Assembly: GCF_036321535.1 (NCBI RefSeq)
Contig: NC_087436.1
Span: 75,518,001-75,582,000, forward strand
Origin: Camelus dromedarius
Lineage: Eukaryota
Direction: 5' to 3'
DNA: 64,000 bases
Part shown: in pieces, positions 61,605 through 64,000 of the stretch
How positions within the stretch are numbered: the first letter of the stretch is position 1
Layout: every line of letters begins with the position of its first letter
Position numbers and translations under genes: made by a program
The notes under the pieces: generated by a model
Seen by the model: only the letters and a program-made list of their open reading frames with translations
Database searches by the model: none
What the model was told of the DNA's origin: nothing

Positions 61605-61800
61605 GAACAACTAACATTTACTGAGTGCTAACTATGACCCAGGTTTTTCAGCAGCTTATGTGAATTTATTTATTTATGTTCCGACTCTACAGATAGGGAA
61701 ACAGAGGCCTTGAGTGAATCAATAAGTAATCTTGCCCAAGCCTCACAGCCAAGCGTGAGCATAGAGCTGACACTCCAACCAAGGCTCTCTGATTCCACAC
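61605..61800 (-). mobile_element. MIR SINE
   Basis: aacatttactgagtgct...acagatagggaaacagaggc...cttgcccaagcctcacagc. Confidence 0.8.
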
Positions 61801-62719
61801 CCCATGGCTTCAGCCACCATGATTTCTGCCTCCTCAATAGTACTAGGAATAATGGGCATGCATCCATCCTCCAGGGGCAAAAGATGACTGTGTAGGAAAG
61901 TATTGCTGTAGAGATGGAGCTTCAAACTCTGGTGTCTGATGCCATAGAATCACTCTTCAGGTTTGTGCTCCATCCCCTTCATTCATTTTGCCTCAAGTGT
62001 TGTTCTTAAGTATTGGCATCACACAGCTCTGTACCTGTAGTCATTTGTCTCGGAATCACTTATGAAAAGTGCATAAAGCATGTAAAGCTCCACAGACAAC
62101 CAAAGTTAACCCTCTTATCTGTTTAACTTCTTTAATCTCTCATCACCTGGCTTTTTTGCAGAGTCAACTTTATACTCCTAAATGGGCAAATGCCACCTAT
62201 TTTGCAGGGACTTCTTTCAGTACTCTTTTTATTTTTTAGTGCCCATTTTAACATTGGATTTTTCTTATCTAAAATGTTTTTGAAAAGAAAGAATGAGAGG
62301 AATAGTAAAACAAGGTTAATAGAAACTCATGGAAAGAGGAAATTATGTCTCTGAATTATACAGAAACAAAAGGGGCAGCTTGCCACATGGGTTTGTGGTT
62401 GTTTTTCCCTGTGAAAACATCCACCATGGTTCTTTAGGATTGGCTTCCTTTGGGTTGGAGTGCCCCCGGGGAGTGCCAGACGACTTGGAAATACAGTCGT
62501 GGTGGCCGAGATGAGCTGGCGTTGCTGAGAGACTGGAACCTCAGTGCCAACAAAAATCGTTTTTCCCCTGTCGGTTGGGAGTAACAACCCCTCTTTCTTC
62601 ATTCTGCTGCTTCCGTCACCTGCATTCTCTTGAAGTATGGAGGTAGCAGTGGAGAGGGGCAGGATTTAAATGGGACAGAAAATGAAAGAGACAATGAAAT
62701 GAGAGGGAAGACAAGAATT

Positions 62720-63050
62720 CCTTTTTTAAAAAATCAGGTTTACTGAGGTATAATTTGCATTCAATATAGTTCCCCATTTTAAAGTATACTGTTCTACGAG
62801 TGTTAACAAATATATAAGGTCTTGTGGTCTTGGGACTGCAACAATTTCGTCACCACCCCTCCAAAGTCATTTTTACAGGACTCCCTACCCCCATCCCTGG
62901 CAATCACTGACCTGTTGTTTACCCTTATTGGTTTGTCCTTTCTGAAATGTCATGTGAATGGGCCATATGGTATATAATCTTTTGTTTCTGGCTTTTGCCG
63001 TGATGCTTTTGAGATCATCCACATTCTTTCATGTATCAGTAATTAGTTCC
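62720..63050 (-). mobile_element. Old L1 (L1MB/MC-like) 3' end
   Basis: tttactgaggtataatttgcattcaat...tgcttttgagatcatccac. Confidence 0.7.
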
Positions 63051-63277
63051 ATGAATGCCCTTTAAAGAAGCTTATCGTCCCTGTAGTAGACCAGAATTCA
63101 AAACCTTCCATAATGCATTAATCACACATCTTACCGGCCTGAAGTGAGTTCTGAGCTTGCTTTGGCTTTGAAGGTGGGCACCTCCTACCTTCCCAGGAGG
63201 AGTTGGGGCTCTGAAGCTGCTGGAACAACACTTTTATAGGAAGCAAAAACCACAGCAGAGTGAGCCTTATTTTGTTC

Positions 63278-63690
63278 TATTAATTAGGACTCTTTAGTTG
63301 CAAGTAATGGAAGTCAACTTGAACCAGATTAAGGCTTGTTTATAACATGGCCGGTATGGCTCCGATCTCAAACCCATCAAGGGCACCTGGGTTTCCAGAG
63401 CAAGCCTGGAAGTTAGAAAAGGGAAAGGAAAGTGGGATTCAGTTCTTCCTCTCGTCTCTGTCTCTTTGCTTATTGACATGATAGACTGTGGTTCCCCATA
63501 GTCAAATGGGGTCGTTTCCAAATTTCCAGGGAATAATCAGCCATTCTCCCCTTGTCCAGTCCACATCAAATGTGTATGTGTATGGCCGGAGGGAGAGGGG
63601 GCTACAGAGTCATATAATACAAACATTGCCAACATTGTTAATCGGGGCCACTCACATGAATTGGGCAGGGGTTGGGAAGAGGATTCGCAG
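63278..63690. mobile_element. MLT1-like (MaLR) LTR remnant
   Basis: tattaattaggactctttagttgcaagtaa start and ggggccactcacatgaattggg near the end; degraded. Confidence 0.45.
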
Positions 63691-64000
63691 GGAAGAGGGA
63701 ATCACTGAGGACTAGTCAGAAACTATGAAAGATTCCTTTTCATTCTCCAACTTAAGCATTAGCCTTCAATATATTACTAACCTGTCTTGGCCCGACAACT
63801 GATTTTTCAACCTATTCCATATTCTATTTAGAAAAATAGAAAGCCAAAAGTTTACATAATTGTTATATTATAATAAGATCAAAGAATACACAGTAGCATC
63901 ATCTGCATCTCACTGTGTTCATCTTTATGTGGTCACTTCTATGTACAGTATTATGTTGCTGTAGTGGTTTGAGCCAAATTCCTATGTGCACATAGCCTGA

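Overview
Mammalian genomic DNA, most likely a camelid (inferred from the tRNA-Ala-like SINEs with the Vic-1-type 'AAACCTAATTACCTCCCC' tail). The whole window lies inside the + strand gene FRAS1 (Fraser extracellular matrix complex subunit 1). It holds 12 internal coding exons (1885 nt, all GT-AG; roughly human exons 16-27, numbering from memory): 11 symmetric phase 1-1 exons of one furin-like Cys-rich repeat each, then the first CSPG-repeat exon. Three of these exons are absent from the ORF track. The introns carry typical eutherian repeats (MIR, L2, old L1, MER5/MER53/MER103, Tigger MITEs, a solo LTR). Highlights: (1) a young, sense-oriented, 5'-truncated L1 with a perfect 21-bp TSD and an uninterrupted 1265-aa ORF2, with a plausible splice acceptor just inside its 5' end; (2) a candidate alternative terminal exon at 14306 giving a short secreted FRAS1; (3) an L1 5'UTR joined directly to an L1 3' end; (4) a branch point-GNRA hairpin-CAG|GT cassette in the largest intron. 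No new gene system is evident. Repeat family names come from recalled consensus sequences, and old-repeat boundaries are approximate.
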